In this document: one piece after another, positions 9,676-19,424 of the stretch
How positions within the stretch are numbered: position 1 is the first letter of the stretch
Layout of the letters: each line of letters starts with the position of its first letter
From: Syntrophales bacterium
Lineage (GTDB): Bacteria > Desulfobacterota > Syntrophia > Syntrophales > PHBD01
DNA length: 64,000 bases
Assembly: GCA_963668175.1 (NCBI GenBank)
Contig: OY764159.1
Coordinates: 96,001 to 160,000, forward strand
Direction of reading: 5' to 3'
The notes under the pieces: model-generated
What the model was told of the DNA's origin: nothing
The model's input: only the letters and a program-made list of their open reading frames with translations
Databases searched by the model: none
Translations under genes and position numbers: made by a program

Positions 9676-10962
9676 ATGGAAAAATTTGACGTCATCATCG
9701 TCGGGGCCGGGCTGGCTGGACTGGCAGCTGCGTATACCCTCGCCGGAAACGATATGGAGGTTCTGGTTCTGGAGCGCGGCGACTATCCCGGCGCCAAGAA
9801 TGTCTCCGGCGGTCGTCTTTACGTCAACCCTGTCCGCGGTCTCTTTACGGAACTATGGGACCAGGCCCCCTTGGAACGCTTCATCGTGCACGAGGGGTTG
9901 ACCCTGTTGGCGGAAGAACGCTCCGTCACTTTGGATTATACGGGGAGCGAACTGCGGATGGCGCCCCATCAGAGTTACAGTGTGCTGCGCTCCAGATTTG
10001 ACCGATGGCTTGCAGATCAGGCCGAAGCCAAGGGGGCCATGCTGCTCACCAAGATAAGGGTTGACGAGTTGATCCGGGATAAAGGGATGGTTGCGGGCGT
10101 CCTGGCGGGCGGCGATGAATTGCGCGCCGACGTGGTCATCGCCTGCGACGGCGTCATGTCGTTGATTGCGGAACAGGCCGGGCTTCGCGGTCCCGGAGTG
10201 CCGAGCGATCACGCGGTGGCGGTTAAAGAAGTAATCGCGCTGGAGGCAGAACGGATCAACGACCGTTTCGGCGTCGCCGAAGGAGAAGGCACGGCGCGCC
10301 TGTATGTCGGAGATGTCACACGCGGCAAATTCGGCGGAGGGTTCCTCTATACCAACAAGGAAAGCATTAGCCTGGGCATCGTCATGGGTTTGAAGGACCT
10401 TCTCGAAGACCGCACAGTCAGCAATTTCCCGGCACTCATGGAACGATTCAAGAACCGTCCGGAAATCGCCTGCCTGATTAAAGGCGGATCGACCGTCGAA
10501 TATGCCGCCCATGTCATCCCCGAAGGAGGATTTGGCGGCTTGGGCCGTCTGTACGGGGACGGCATCATGGTTGCGGGAGATGCGGCCGGTCTGGCCCTGA
10601 ACATGGGCTTCACGGTCCGGGGCATGGAATACGCCCTGGCTTCCGGATATCACGCCGCCCGGACCGTTCTGAAGGCCAAACAGAGAGGCGGTTTCGACAA
10701 GGAAAGCCTTTCTTCCTATCAACAGACCCTCAAGGACAGCTTCGTTCTAAAGGATTTCGAAAATTTCCGCGAGGCACCCCATATCTTGGATAATCCCCGC
10801 ATTTTCAATCAATACCCCGAAATGATCGGCGATATACTCAAAAATCTATATGAAGTTCCCGGCGGCGCCAAGGAAAGGATATATCCCGCTCTGAGAAAGC
10901 GCCTGCCCTGGGGAGAAGTCTGGAAAATCGCGAAAGATGCAAGGACCATGACGAAGATATGA
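9676..10962 (+). CDS. fixC: FixC-family FAD-dependent oxidoreductase (ETF:quinone oxidoreductase-like)
   Basis: DVIIVGAGLAG FAD motif, ERGDYPGAKNVSGG, GGGFLYTNKESISLG, AGDAAG; adjacent ferredoxin and ETF genes. Confidence 0.9.
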   Translation: MEKFDVIIVGAGLAGLAAAYTLAGNDMEVLVLERGDYPGAKNVSGGRLYVNPVRGLFTELWDQAPLERFIVHEGLTLLAEERSVTLDYTGSELRMAPHQSYSVLRSRFDRWLADQAEAKGAMLLTKIRVDELIRDKGMVAGVLAGGDELRADVVIACDGVMSLIAEQAGLRGPGVPSDHAVAVKEVIALEAERINDRFGVAEGEGTARLYVGDVTRGKFGGGFLYTNKESISLGIVMGLKDLLEDRTVSNFPALMERFKNRPEIACLIKGGSTVEYAAHVIPEGGFGGLGRLYGDGIMVAGDAAGLALNMGFTVRGMEYALASGYHAARTVLKAKQRGGFDKESLSSYQQTLKDSFVLKDFENFREAPHILDNPRIFNQYPEMIGDILKNLYEVPGGAKERIYPALRKRLPWGEVWKIAKDARTMTKI

Positions 10963-11243
10963 GCGACGGCACCGATTTGAAAGCAAAATTGGGACTCGAC
11001 GTATTCAAACCCTTGAACGAACCGCACATCAAAATCAAAAGCGGCCAAGAGAGGGATGAACGTCTTCAGGCGGCGGTCCGCATATGTCCGGCGGGGCTTT
11101 ACAGCCAAAACGATCAGGGGGATGTCGCTCTGACGACGGAGGGCTGTCTGGAATGCGGTACATGCCGTTTGCTATGCACAACGGACGTTTTGGAGTGGCG
11201 CTATCCCGAAGGCGGAACGGGTGTTCAGTTCCGCTTTGGTTAG
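10959..11243 (+). CDS. fixX: FixX-family ferredoxin
   Basis: CPAGLY, GCLECGTC and WRYPEGGTGVQFRFG; ATGA overlap with fixC. Confidence 0.9.
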   Translation: MSDGTDLKAKLGLDVFKPLNEPHIKIKSGQERDERLQAAVRICPAGLYSQNDQGDVALTTEGCLECGTCRLLCTTDVLEWRYPEGGTGVQFRFG

Positions 11244-11467
11244 CAGCAATGCCGCCTGGGTACGCACCCGGAGACAAGGGCAGAAAAGACGGACCCGGTG
11301 CCTGGTGGCGGCGTGATCCCAAGAACGGTAAACCAGGCTCGCCGTCAGGACGGCGGACGTCCATGATATTCATTTTTTCGTTTCACAAGTTTCCCGGAAG
11401 CTTGACGCCGGTGAGGCCATCGAGGTGACACCATGGCCGGGATAATAAGACCACAAGGAGGGATGAT

Positions 11468-12607
11468 ATGGATTTCAAACTGACCGAAGAACAAGAGTTG
11501 ATTCGCAAGAACATGCGGGAATTCGCGGAAAAGAACGTGGACCCTATTGCCGTGGAAATCGATGAAAACAGCCGTCATCCGGCCGAGCTGTTCAAGAAAC
11601 TGGCCGAAGGAGACTGGATGGGCATTCCCATTCCCCCGCAATACGGGGGGGCCGGGGCCGATTACCTGACCCACATCGTTGCGGTGGAAGAACTCTCCCG
11701 TTCCTGTGCATCCACGGGTTTTACCGTGTCCATTCACGTCGGCATCGCCTGTATGCTGGTTCTCCTTTACGGCAACGACGAACAGAAGAAGAAATTCCTC
11801 GTCCCGATGGCCAAAGGGCAGCATCTCGGGGCCTTCGTCCTTACAGAACCGGGCGCGGGAACGGACGTCATGTCGGCGACGACGACAGCCGTTCTCGACG
11901 GGAACGACTACGTCCTCAACGGGACAAAAACCTTCACCTCGAACGGTCCCACGGGCGATACGTATGCCGTCTTCGCCTGGACGGACAAGGCAGCGGGCCG
12001 AAAGGGCATGAGCGCTTTTATCATCCCCAAGGGAACTCCGGGCATGAAGCCGGGAGAGCATTTCAATAAAATGGGCCTCCGTTCGTCGCAGACGTCCGAA
12101 GTCTTCTTCAAGGATTGCCGGGTCCCGAAGGAATTCCTCCTGGGCAAGGAAGGAGCAGGGCTGGCCATGGCCATGACGGGTTTCGACCACGGCAGGGTGG
12201 GTATTGCCGCCCAATCGGTCGGCATCCTGCAGGCCGCCCTGGACGAATCCATCAAATACTCCAAGGAGCGCGTGCAGTTCGGAAATCCGATTTCCAGAAA
12301 TCAGGCCATCTCTTGGATGATCGCCAATATGGCGACGGACCTTGCCGCGGCTCGCTTCCTGACCTATCATGCCGCCTGGCTCAAGGACCAAAACCAGCCT
12401 TTCAGCAAGGAAGCGTCCATGGCCAAGCTTTTCGCCGCCGAGGCGGCCATGAGGCATACCATTAAAGCAGTGCAAATACACGGCGGCTACGGCTATGTCA
12501 AGGGCGCCAAGGTGGAGAGGCTGATGCGCGACGCCAAGATCACGGAAATCTACGAGGGGACCTCGGAAGCCCAGCGTATGGTCATTTCCGGCAACGTCCT
12601 GCGCTGA
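11468..12607 (+). CDS. Acyl-CoA dehydrogenase (short-chain/butyryl-CoA type)
   Basis: LTEPGAGTD, KMGLRSS, ERVQFG, QIHGGYGY and EIYEGTSE (catalytic Glu). Confidence 0.95.
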   Translation: MDFKLTEEQELIRKNMREFAEKNVDPIAVEIDENSRHPAELFKKLAEGDWMGIPIPPQYGGAGADYLTHIVAVEELSRSCASTGFTVSIHVGIACMLVLLYGNDEQKKKFLVPMAKGQHLGAFVLTEPGAGTDVMSATTTAVLDGNDYVLNGTKTFTSNGPTGDTYAVFAWTDKAAGRKGMSAFIIPKGTPGMKPGEHFNKMGLRSSQTSEVFFKDCRVPKEFLLGKEGAGLAMAMTGFDHGRVGIAAQSVGILQAALDESIKYSKERVQFGNPISRNQAISWMIANMATDLAAARFLTYHAAWLKDQNQPFSKEASMAKLFAAEAAMRHTIKAVQIHGGYGYVKGAKVERLMRDAKITEIYEGTSEAQRMVISGNVLR

Positions 12608-12631
12608 TTCCGTTTTTCTAAAGTTTTGAAA

Positions 12632-12664
12632 CCGGGCACGGCACACGTCGTGTGCCGTGCCCGG
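12632..12664. repeat. Perfect 15-bp inverted repeat (intercistronic stem-loop)
   Basis: ccgggcacggcacac-gtc-gtgtgccgtgcccgg between the acyl-CoA dehydrogenase gene and etfB. Confidence 0.8.
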
Positions 12665-12726
12665 ACCGTCTTCGGCGGTAAATATTGCGGTGCCGACCGT
12701 ATTCCGGCACCAAGAGGTGACAGATC

Positions 12727-13491
12727 ATGCCCAACTTCGTAACCTGCTTCAAATGGGTCGTCGATGAAGCCTACATCCGGCGGGGATCATCGGGAGCACT
12801 CGACTTCTCCTCCGTGGACTACAAGATCAGCGATTACGACCGCAACGCCATGGAGGAGGCCGTCCGTCTTCGCGAGGCACAGGGCGGTGCGGTTGTTGCC
12901 GTCACAGTCGGTACCCCGGAAGCAACCAAAGGCCTGAAAGATGCCCTTTCCCGGGGCGCGGACCAGGCATTCTTCATCGCCGATGCCGCTTTCCGCGATC
13001 TGGACCCGGGGCAGACGGCCGGAATTCTGGGGGAAATCATCCGTTCGCGGATTCCTTACGACCTCATTCTCTGCGGCGAGGGATCGAGCGACCTCTATGC
13101 CCAGCAGGTCGGTCCCGGACTGGCCGAATGCCTGGGGATTCCCAGCATATCCTTTGTACAAAAAATTCATTTGGACGGCCACCGCCTGACGGCAGAGCGC
13201 AAGGTTGAGGAGGGCGTCGAGATCGTCACCGTGGAACTTCCGGCCCTGGTGACGGTGCTCCCCGAGATCAATACTCCCAGGATTCCGGGCGTGAAAGACA
13301 CCCTCATGGCTTCAAAAAAACCGGTGACGACCATCCGCAAGGACGATCTTACGGAAGTCGGCGCATCCCGCCTGCGCACCACCGGTATGACAGCGGCAGG
13401 CATGGGACGCGATTCCGTCCGGTTCGGCACCGATGCCGGGGACATCGGACGCTTCGTCGAATCTTTACGAAAGAAAGGCGTCATCGCTTAA
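12727..13491 (+). CDS. etfB: Electron transfer flavoprotein beta subunit (FixA-like)
   Basis: ISDYDRNAMEEA, ALSRGAD, LCGEGSSDLYAQQVG, INTPRIP. Confidence 0.92.
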   Translation: MPNFVTCFKWVVDEAYIRRGSSGALDFSSVDYKISDYDRNAMEEAVRLREAQGGAVVAVTVGTPEATKGLKDALSRGADQAFFIADAAFRDLDPGQTAGILGEIIRSRIPYDLILCGEGSSDLYAQQVGPGLAECLGIPSISFVQKIHLDGHRLTAERKVEEGVEIVTVELPALVTVLPEINTPRIPGVKDTLMASKKPVTTIRKDDLTEVGASRLRTTGMTAAGMGRDSVRFGTDAGDIGRFVESLRKKGVIA

Positions 13492-13504
13492 AAGGGGTTA
13501 ATAT

Positions 13505-14455
13505 ATGGCTGGAGTTTGGATTATAGCGGAAACGAAGGAACAGGCGCAGGCGCTGCTCGGCATCGGCAAGGTCACAGCGGCCGCGATGGCAACGGCGGTG
13601 ACCGTGTTGCTTCCTAAAGATCGAGGAGCATCCTCGGATTTTTTCTCTCTTGGGGCGGACCAGGTATTCTTTTTGCCCATCCTTCCCCAAGACCAATCCT
13701 TCGACGCCTATCTCCCCGTCATGGCGGCCGAGGCGAAGAATGAAGACCCGGATCTCATCCTGGTTGCCGCAACGGCCAGAGGCAGGGACCTGGCCGCTCG
13801 ACTTGCGGCCAGGCTGGATACCGGTCTTTGCAGTGCCTGCATCGGCATGCATTACGACAGCTCAAGCAAGACCCTGGAAATGGAGCGCCTGGCTTACGGA
13901 GGAGCCGCCATTCAGAAAGTCGCCTGCACGACCCGTCCTTTTATCGCAACAATCACGCCCGGCACCTTTGAGGCGGCGAAGCCGGCAGAACCCAGGGAAG
14001 GCGCCGTAAAGGAACTGCCCGCACCGCCTCCTTCGGCGGTCAAAATCGCGGGAATAAAGGCCAAGGAACGGACAGGCCGGGATATCGCGGCAGCGAAGGT
14101 CGTGGTTTGCGTCGGCAGGGGCCTGCAAAAAGAGGAAGACCTCGCTCTGGCCAGGGAGCTGGCGGAATTGCTGGAGGGCGAAATCGGATGCACCCGGCCG
14201 ATCTCGGAAGAGATGCATTGGCTTCCGGAAGACCTCTGCATCGGGCTGTCCGGCATTCAGGTCAAACCCGACCTCTATATCGGACTGGGCGTCTCCGGTC
14301 AGATCCAGCATGTCACCGGTATACGCAATGCAAAAGTCATCTGCGCCGTCAATCAGGATGAGCACGCCCCGATCTTCGACGCCGCCGATTTCGGTATTGT
14401 CGGCGATCTCTACGATATTGTCCCGAAACTTATTGCCGAGTTGAGGAAACGCTGA
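13505..14455 (+). CDS. etfA: Electron transfer flavoprotein alpha subunit (FixB-like)
   Basis: VVVCVGRG, IGLSG, PDLYIGLGVSGQIQHVTG, APIFDAADFGIVGDL. Confidence 0.93.
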   Translation: MAGVWIIAETKEQAQALLGIGKVTAAAMATAVTVLLPKDRGASSDFFSLGADQVFFLPILPQDQSFDAYLPVMAAEAKNEDPDLILVAATARGRDLAARLAARLDTGLCSACIGMHYDSSSKTLEMERLAYGGAAIQKVACTTRPFIATITPGTFEAAKPAEPREGAVKELPAPPPSAVKIAGIKAKERTGRDIAAAKVVVCVGRGLQKEEDLALARELAELLEGEIGCTRPISEEMHWLPEDLCIGLSGIQVKPDLYIGLGVSGQIQHVTGIRNAKVICAVNQDEHAPIFDAADFGIVGDLYDIVPKLIAELRKR

Positions 14456-14635
14456 AAGGACAGGCGGTCTTCATAACCGATCAATAGATGTATTCGTTTT
14501 ATATGGGGATGTTTCGAACGGCGGATGATACGGGATCGAAATCCGGTCAGGGTGCAGCCTGAATTCCAGAGATAATACCGTATGATTCGAGGCTGCGATA
14601 AGCAGCTCGCAAGGGCTTCTTTGCAGCCTCGTTCT

Positions 14636-14824
14636 CTATTTCTGCCGGAAGACGGAAGCAGTCGACTCCATCGCCGCAGCAACAGCGAACTGCGCACAGG
14701 ATACGCCGAAACCCGTACACGCCGCCTGCGCATTCACCGCCACATCAATAACCCTTGCCGTCTTTGCCTCCGGCAGGGGCTGCTCCAACCTATCCAGGAA
14801 GCTGTCGAAATCACTCAACACCAT
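14636..14824 (-). CDS. Possible small hypothetical protein (62 aa)
   Basis: GAGGGG RBS before the ATG and a gaggctgc...gcagcctc hairpin just downstream; no recognisable motif. Confidence 0.3.
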   Translation of the reverse strand: MVLSDFDSFLDRLEQPLPEAKTARVIDVAVNAQAACTGFGVSCAQFAVAAAMESTASVFRQK

Positions 14825-14964
14825 CCGCCCCTCCCTCTAACATTGCATCACATTTTATTTAAGAGGAGGGGTGTCCCCCAACACAGCCCTCCCGCATGCC
14901 GATTTCTGCGTATAACAAGTTTACGTGTTCGTCAATGGATTTTTCAAAGACGGTTTTCTTTCGA

Positions 14965-15639
14965 TTATGAAACCCGGAAGCGATACTCCAGAATCGCCTT
15001 GAGATTCGCCGTTTCGATACGGTGAATGGCATCGAAATAGGGCCAGATGTCTCCTACCCACTTACGGTCCGTGCGATCGCGCCCGGTGGAGATATATTCC
15101 GGAACGTTCGTCACGCTCCGATCATAATAGGGATGCTTGCAGTTGGTCCATAACATGACGGTGCCCGGCTTGCGGAGCGTCGGCATGGCATCGAGAAAAC
15201 GAAAATGATACCTCATCCAGAGTTCCTCGCCCTGATCCCAGGCGCAGGGATAATCGACGACACGGCTGTCGGGATAGGCCTCTGCCCGTATGTAGATGGG
15301 GGTGTCCTTGCCGAGGAATTCCTCACCCTTGTACAGGCCGCCGCCGATGTGCTTAAAACGGCGCAGACTGAACGTCCACTCCTCCAAGCTGTAAACGTTC
15401 GCTGCGTATTCGAAGGCCATATCGACCGGGCATTGAATATACTCGCCGATGTGGCTGTACTTGCCGAAGATTTCCTCGTGCTGGTAAGATTCTTTCGTCA
15501 GCTCCTGAAGCTTCGCCGATATATCGGGAATGCCATGGTCTTCACAGGAATAAAGACCGGGGATATCTCTCGAAGCGATGCCATTGGTAACAAGAGCATC
15601 TCGGCTCCACGGCCCCAAACTGTCGCGCGTCTTTTCCAT
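14965..15639 (-). CDS. SRPBCC/START-like (cyclase/aromatase-fold) protein
   Basis: YIQCPVDMAFEYAANVYSLEEWT N-terminal pattern and amphipathic C-terminal helix (HRIETANLKAILE); AGGAGG RBS; follows the KAS III-like gene. Confidence 0.65.
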   Translation of the reverse strand: MEKTRDSLGPWSRDALVTNGIASRDIPGLYSCEDHGIPDISAKLQELTKESYQHEEIFGKYSHIGEYIQCPVDMAFEYAANVYSLEEWTFSLRRFKHIGGGLYKGEEFLGKDTPIYIRAEAYPDSRVVDYPCAWDQGEELWMRYHFRFLDAMPTLRKPGTVMLWTNCKHPYYDRSVTNVPEYISTGRDRTDRKWVGDIWPYFDAIHRIETANLKAILEYRFRVS

Positions 15640-15709
15640 GATTCCTCCTTAAAATCCATACAATGTAAATTTATTAAGATCGCCGATGCGATTTTTCCGT
15701 TTACAACGC

Positions 15710-16711
15710 CTATATCCATCGTATTGCCAGGGCACTCACGAAGTCCCCGCCATTGGAGAAGGTCCCCATGGCAATCCGGTCGCCATGATGTACTTTACCC
15801 TTTTCCAGGGCATCGGCCAGGGTGACGGGCAGAGAACCCTGGAAGAGATTCCCGTATTGCTCAAGCGTATCATGAACGCGGGGGGCATCGATACCTATCC
15901 GATCCCGCCATTCCCTGATAAAATGCGTATTGGGCTGATGCGTCAAGAGCAGTGCTATATCGTCGGCCGACAGGCCGGCCCCGGCAAGACAGTTTTTAAC
16001 AGCCTGTGGGACAAGCTCCAGGGCGTTTTTGCCGATCGTCTGCACCAGTTCGGCCGAGAAATGTACCATGATCGGGCCGGAACCCCTTTCCCAGTAATTC
16101 AAAGAGGCGGCCTGAACACTGTCGGGCTCAAATACGAAGAGGCCGTAATTTTCGCCGCAGGAGCGCTCGTAACTGCCAAGAAAGCTCGATTCCCCTTTAG
16201 ACAGAAGCGTGGCGGACGCCCCATCGCCTAGGACCCAGGATAATCTCGATTTTTGAAATTCGGGAAGCCTGGAGATGAAATTGGTCACGGTTACAACCGC
16301 CACCGTCCTGTAAAGGCCCGCTTCGATGAACGCCCGAGCCGTATTGAGCATGGACAGATACGAACTGCAACCGGTATCGATATTGATGACGGATGCCCCC
16401 TTTGCACCTACCCGGTGCTGGATGGCGGGTCCGATGCTGGGCCAGAGATAGTCGCTGAAGATGCAGGAATAGAGGATCAGGTCGACATCTTGCGGACCGG
16501 TGCCGGTGCGGTCAAGAAGGCGTTCAAGCACCCTGGCCCCCAGGTCTGATGAAAGGTATTCCGGCGAAGCAAAGCGTCTCTGCAAGACGCCCTTAAAAAA
16601 AAGATCGTTGTCCAGTTCGCCGCCATTTTCGACATTCGATACCAGTTTTTCGTTATCGACAATGCGCTCCGGCATGAAATTGACAACGTCGATGATTTGC
16701 GCACCTTTCAT
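15710..16711 (-). CDS. 3-oxoacyl-ACP synthase III-like condensing enzyme
   Basis: Cys-His-Asn triad: DTGCSS, THQPN, YGNL; LGDGASA motif. Confidence 0.9.
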   Translation of the reverse strand: MKGAQIIDVVNFMPERIVDNEKLVSNVENGGELDNDLFFKGVLQRRFASPEYLSSDLGARVLERLLDRTGTGPQDVDLILYSCIFSDYLWPSIGPAIQHRVGAKGASVINIDTGCSSYLSMLNTARAFIEAGLYRTVAVVTVTNFISRLPEFQKSRLSWVLGDGASATLLSKGESSFLGSYERSCGENYGLFVFEPDSVQAASLNYWERGSGPIMVHFSAELVQTIGKNALELVPQAVKNCLAGAGLSADDIALLLTHQPNTHFIREWRDRIGIDAPRVHDTLEQYGNLFQGSLPVTLADALEKGKVHHGDRIAMGTFSNGGDFVSALAIRWI

Positions 16712-16840
16712 GACTTGGATCCTTCATCATCCTCCGACGGATACTGTCCTGCCCCCCTCAAGGGCGATATTCACGTATTGGAAGGGGCAATAATTCCGGT
16801 TATTTATATCGGCCGAAGCAGACAGCCGAATCTCTTCGCA

Positions 16841-18580
16841 TCACAGAGGCTCCGTTTCCGGATCATCCGGCAGAAACGGCGTAAAGGGCGGCATTTCTTC
16901 GCAGGACAACCTCAGTTCCAGAACGCCCGGTATGGCGGTGTTTTCGTGATAGCTCTTAAGTTCCCTGCGCAGTTCGGACAGAGTTCCCGCACTGCCGACC
17001 CAGAGCCTCCCGGCATCGCCGAATCCTCTGACGGTCTGGGCGATATCTACCGGCGCATAGCGGACACACTCCAGTCTCGATTCGAAAAACAACTGCTGAC
17101 GCAGCGCACACATCCCGTGCATACCGTTGTTGAAAATAACATAGAGAATCGGGAGCCTGTATTCCACAGCCGTATGGATTTCAAAACCGGATATGAGAAA
17201 AGCGCCGTCACCTGCAAAAACGATGGTCCTGGCCCCTCGATCCGAACCCATCTGGGCGCCGACAGCGGCCGCGATGGCGTAACCCATCCCTCCCATGCCC
17301 AGGGCAATGATCGAACTGGCCCCGGACGGCAGCCGGGTCATGTGTATCGCCGCCGTGGCGCAGTTTCCCGCATCATGGATCAGATGACCGTTCACCGGCA
17401 GGTAATCCTGCAGACACCTGATCGCCTCGCTTTGCTTAAGCGGCGGCGAGTCGGCTGCAGCATGACGGTTATTTACATCAGGGGACGGGACAGGAAGAGG
17501 CTTGAATATCCGTCGTGTGTAGCCGGCAATCGGTTTGACTTTCAGTGGCGTTCGCTCCTGCAGCATGGATAGGACCTGAAAGACTTCACCCGCGTCGGCT
17601 TCAATGGCGATATCGGGAGTGGTGATCCGAGCGATTTGACCGATATCGACATTGACAACGGCGATTCTCTTTTTTTTAAGAACGACGCCGAGAGGCTGCC
17701 GTGTCATGAAATTGAGGCCCGATCCGACGACGACGAGCAGGTCCGCTCGCTCTTTCAAATAGGCATGAACGGACGGATGTCCGGCGACGCCCAGACTGCC
17801 CAGATAGAGAGGATCGTCGTTGGCGAATTCGGCGCGTCCGGAAAGGGTCGTCACCACGGGTAATCCGGCTGCCCGGGCGAAATCGGCCACGGCCTGCGGC
17901 TTGCTGCAGCGTCTCACCCCTTGACCGAAAACGATGACAGGATTTGCGGCCCGGCCGATTTCATCAAAGAGAGGGCGAACGGTCTCTTCCGACAACTTCG
18001 CCGGACGGACTTCGCCGCTCAGTTTTTCAACCCACCCGTCGGGGACGGGATCGACTTCCTTATCGAAGATATCGCGCGGCAGGAGTAAGGCCGCAGGCCC
18101 CGGCCGTCCGGAAAGAGCGGCCTTAACGGCCTCGGTCATGTGGCTCCAGAAGGATGCCGGATTCGATATTCTGGCCGTGTACTTGGTCACGGAACGCCAT
18201 AGCCCCAGGCTGTCTACCGATCGTCCGACCCCGGAAGACTCCTGGAACGAACCGGTTCCGTCCAATGCTGACGGAGGCTGCCCGATCAATGCCAGGATGG
18301 GAACCGACTCTGCATAGGACTCGGCAACGCCGGCAATGAGGTTCATCATGCCGCCGCCCGACGTCGAGCAACAGACGCCCAATGTCCTGTGCACCCGCGC
18401 GCGGCAGTCGGCCATGAACCCCGCCCCGTCTTCGCTTTTGGCCATGACGGACTTCAGTCTCCCTTGTCCCAGCCGGTGGATGGCGTCATGGAGATGTTCG
18501 ATGTTCGCGCCGCTGACGCCAAACACGTATCTCACATCCAGGGCAATTAAGGCTTCGACCAGAGCGTCACTCAGCATCAT
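16841..18580 (-). CDS. Thiamine-diphosphate-dependent enzyme (acetolactate synthase-like/acyloin synthase family)
   Basis: VFGVSG, SEDGAGFMA (catalytic Glu), GDGAF...FNN ThDP-binding motif. Confidence 0.9.
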   Translation of the reverse strand: MMLSDALVEALIALDVRYVFGVSGANIEHLHDAIHRLGQGRLKSVMAKSEDGAGFMADCRARVHRTLGVCCSTSGGGMMNLIAGVAESYAESVPILALIGQPPSALDGTGSFQESSGVGRSVDSLGLWRSVTKYTARISNPASFWSHMTEAVKAALSGRPGPAALLLPRDIFDKEVDPVPDGWVEKLSGEVRPAKLSEETVRPLFDEIGRAANPVIVFGQGVRRCSKPQAVADFARAAGLPVVTTLSGRAEFANDDPLYLGSLGVAGHPSVHAYLKERADLLVVVGSGLNFMTRQPLGVVLKKKRIAVVNVDIGQIARITTPDIAIEADAGEVFQVLSMLQERTPLKVKPIAGYTRRIFKPLPVPSPDVNNRHAAADSPPLKQSEAIRCLQDYLPVNGHLIHDAGNCATAAIHMTRLPSGASSIIALGMGGMGYAIAAAVGAQMGSDRGARTIVFAGDGAFLISGFEIHTAVEYRLPILYVIFNNGMHGMCALRQQLFFESRLECVRYAPVDIAQTVRGFGDAGRLWVGSAGTLSELRRELKSYHENTAIPGVLELRLSCEEMPPFTPFLPDDPETEPL

Positions 18581-18859
18581 AGGGTATCAGGTAAATTCCT
18601 CCCCCTGCTCACCGGGCAACTCGCCCGGATTTCTTGCTGCGTCTTTTCCGGCACCAGTGTCCCGCCGGAAAACAAAAAATCACCTCGCCCCCGATTCTGT
18701 CCGTGGGTGCCCATTTATTCAACATTATTCATTAAATTTTCACTGCCGCGGCAGTATATGGGGTGCCGTTCCGTGTGTCAACCATTTTCAACGGTGGGAT
18801 GTTTTGCAGATAAAGCACTTTAAGCGAAAACCGGATGATTTTATGAACCTTCCGGAAAG

Positions 18860-18900
18860 AAAAGGATCTCTGCGGCTTATCAAGCGGCAGAGATCCTTTT
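18860..18900. terminator. Intrinsic terminator downstream of the cytochrome gene
   Basis: aaaaggatctctgc ... gcagagatcctttt inverted repeat with T tails in both directions. Confidence 0.7.
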
Positions 18901-18973
18901 TTCCAGCGGAAGACAGCGGTACACGAGGCATCCAAATCGCAATTCACCGGCACGAGGGGTGATGCCCCATGGA

Positions 18974-19351
18974 TCACGGAACTTTCAAGCCAAAATGATG
19001 GCACTTGGCGCAGGCGTCTTCTGAGGGCTTATGGGCATGATGACATTGCTCGCAAGCCATTTCGCCGAGATGCGTATCATGCGGATTCGGTCTTACGGCA
19101 GCCGTTTTCATCGCCAGCTTTTCCGCATCGCCGTGACAAGAGAGACACTTGGCTGAAGGCACGGAATTCTTTGGGGGCGTTTCCTGATGGCAGGCATCGC
19201 ATTTGAGCCCCTTCGCTTTATGCTTGTCGGCAAGCATCATCTTGTCCTGGGCCATAATCATAAGCGGAAGGCCTGCAAGAACAAAACAAATGATCAGGAA
19301 AGCGGCAACCAACGCATTCCTGCTTTTTCGGGTAACCGGTATGTTCATCAT
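18974..19351 (-). CDS. Small tetraheme cytochrome c (flavocytochrome c heme subunit)
   Basis: Signal peptide; four CxxCH motifs (CDACH, CLSCH, CEQCH, CAKCH) and NPH. Confidence 0.92.
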   Translation of the reverse strand: MMNIPVTRKSRNALVAAFLIICFVLAGLPLMIMAQDKMMLADKHKAKGLKCDACHQETPPKNSVPSAKCLSCHGDAEKLAMKTAAVRPNPHDTHLGEMACEQCHHAHKPSEDACAKCHHFGLKVP

Positions 19352-19424
19352 ATCAACCTCCCATACCGTTATGAAAAAGCGGAGAGAAGGGTCTTCCCTC
19401 GTTCTCCGCTTTCGTATTTATCTG

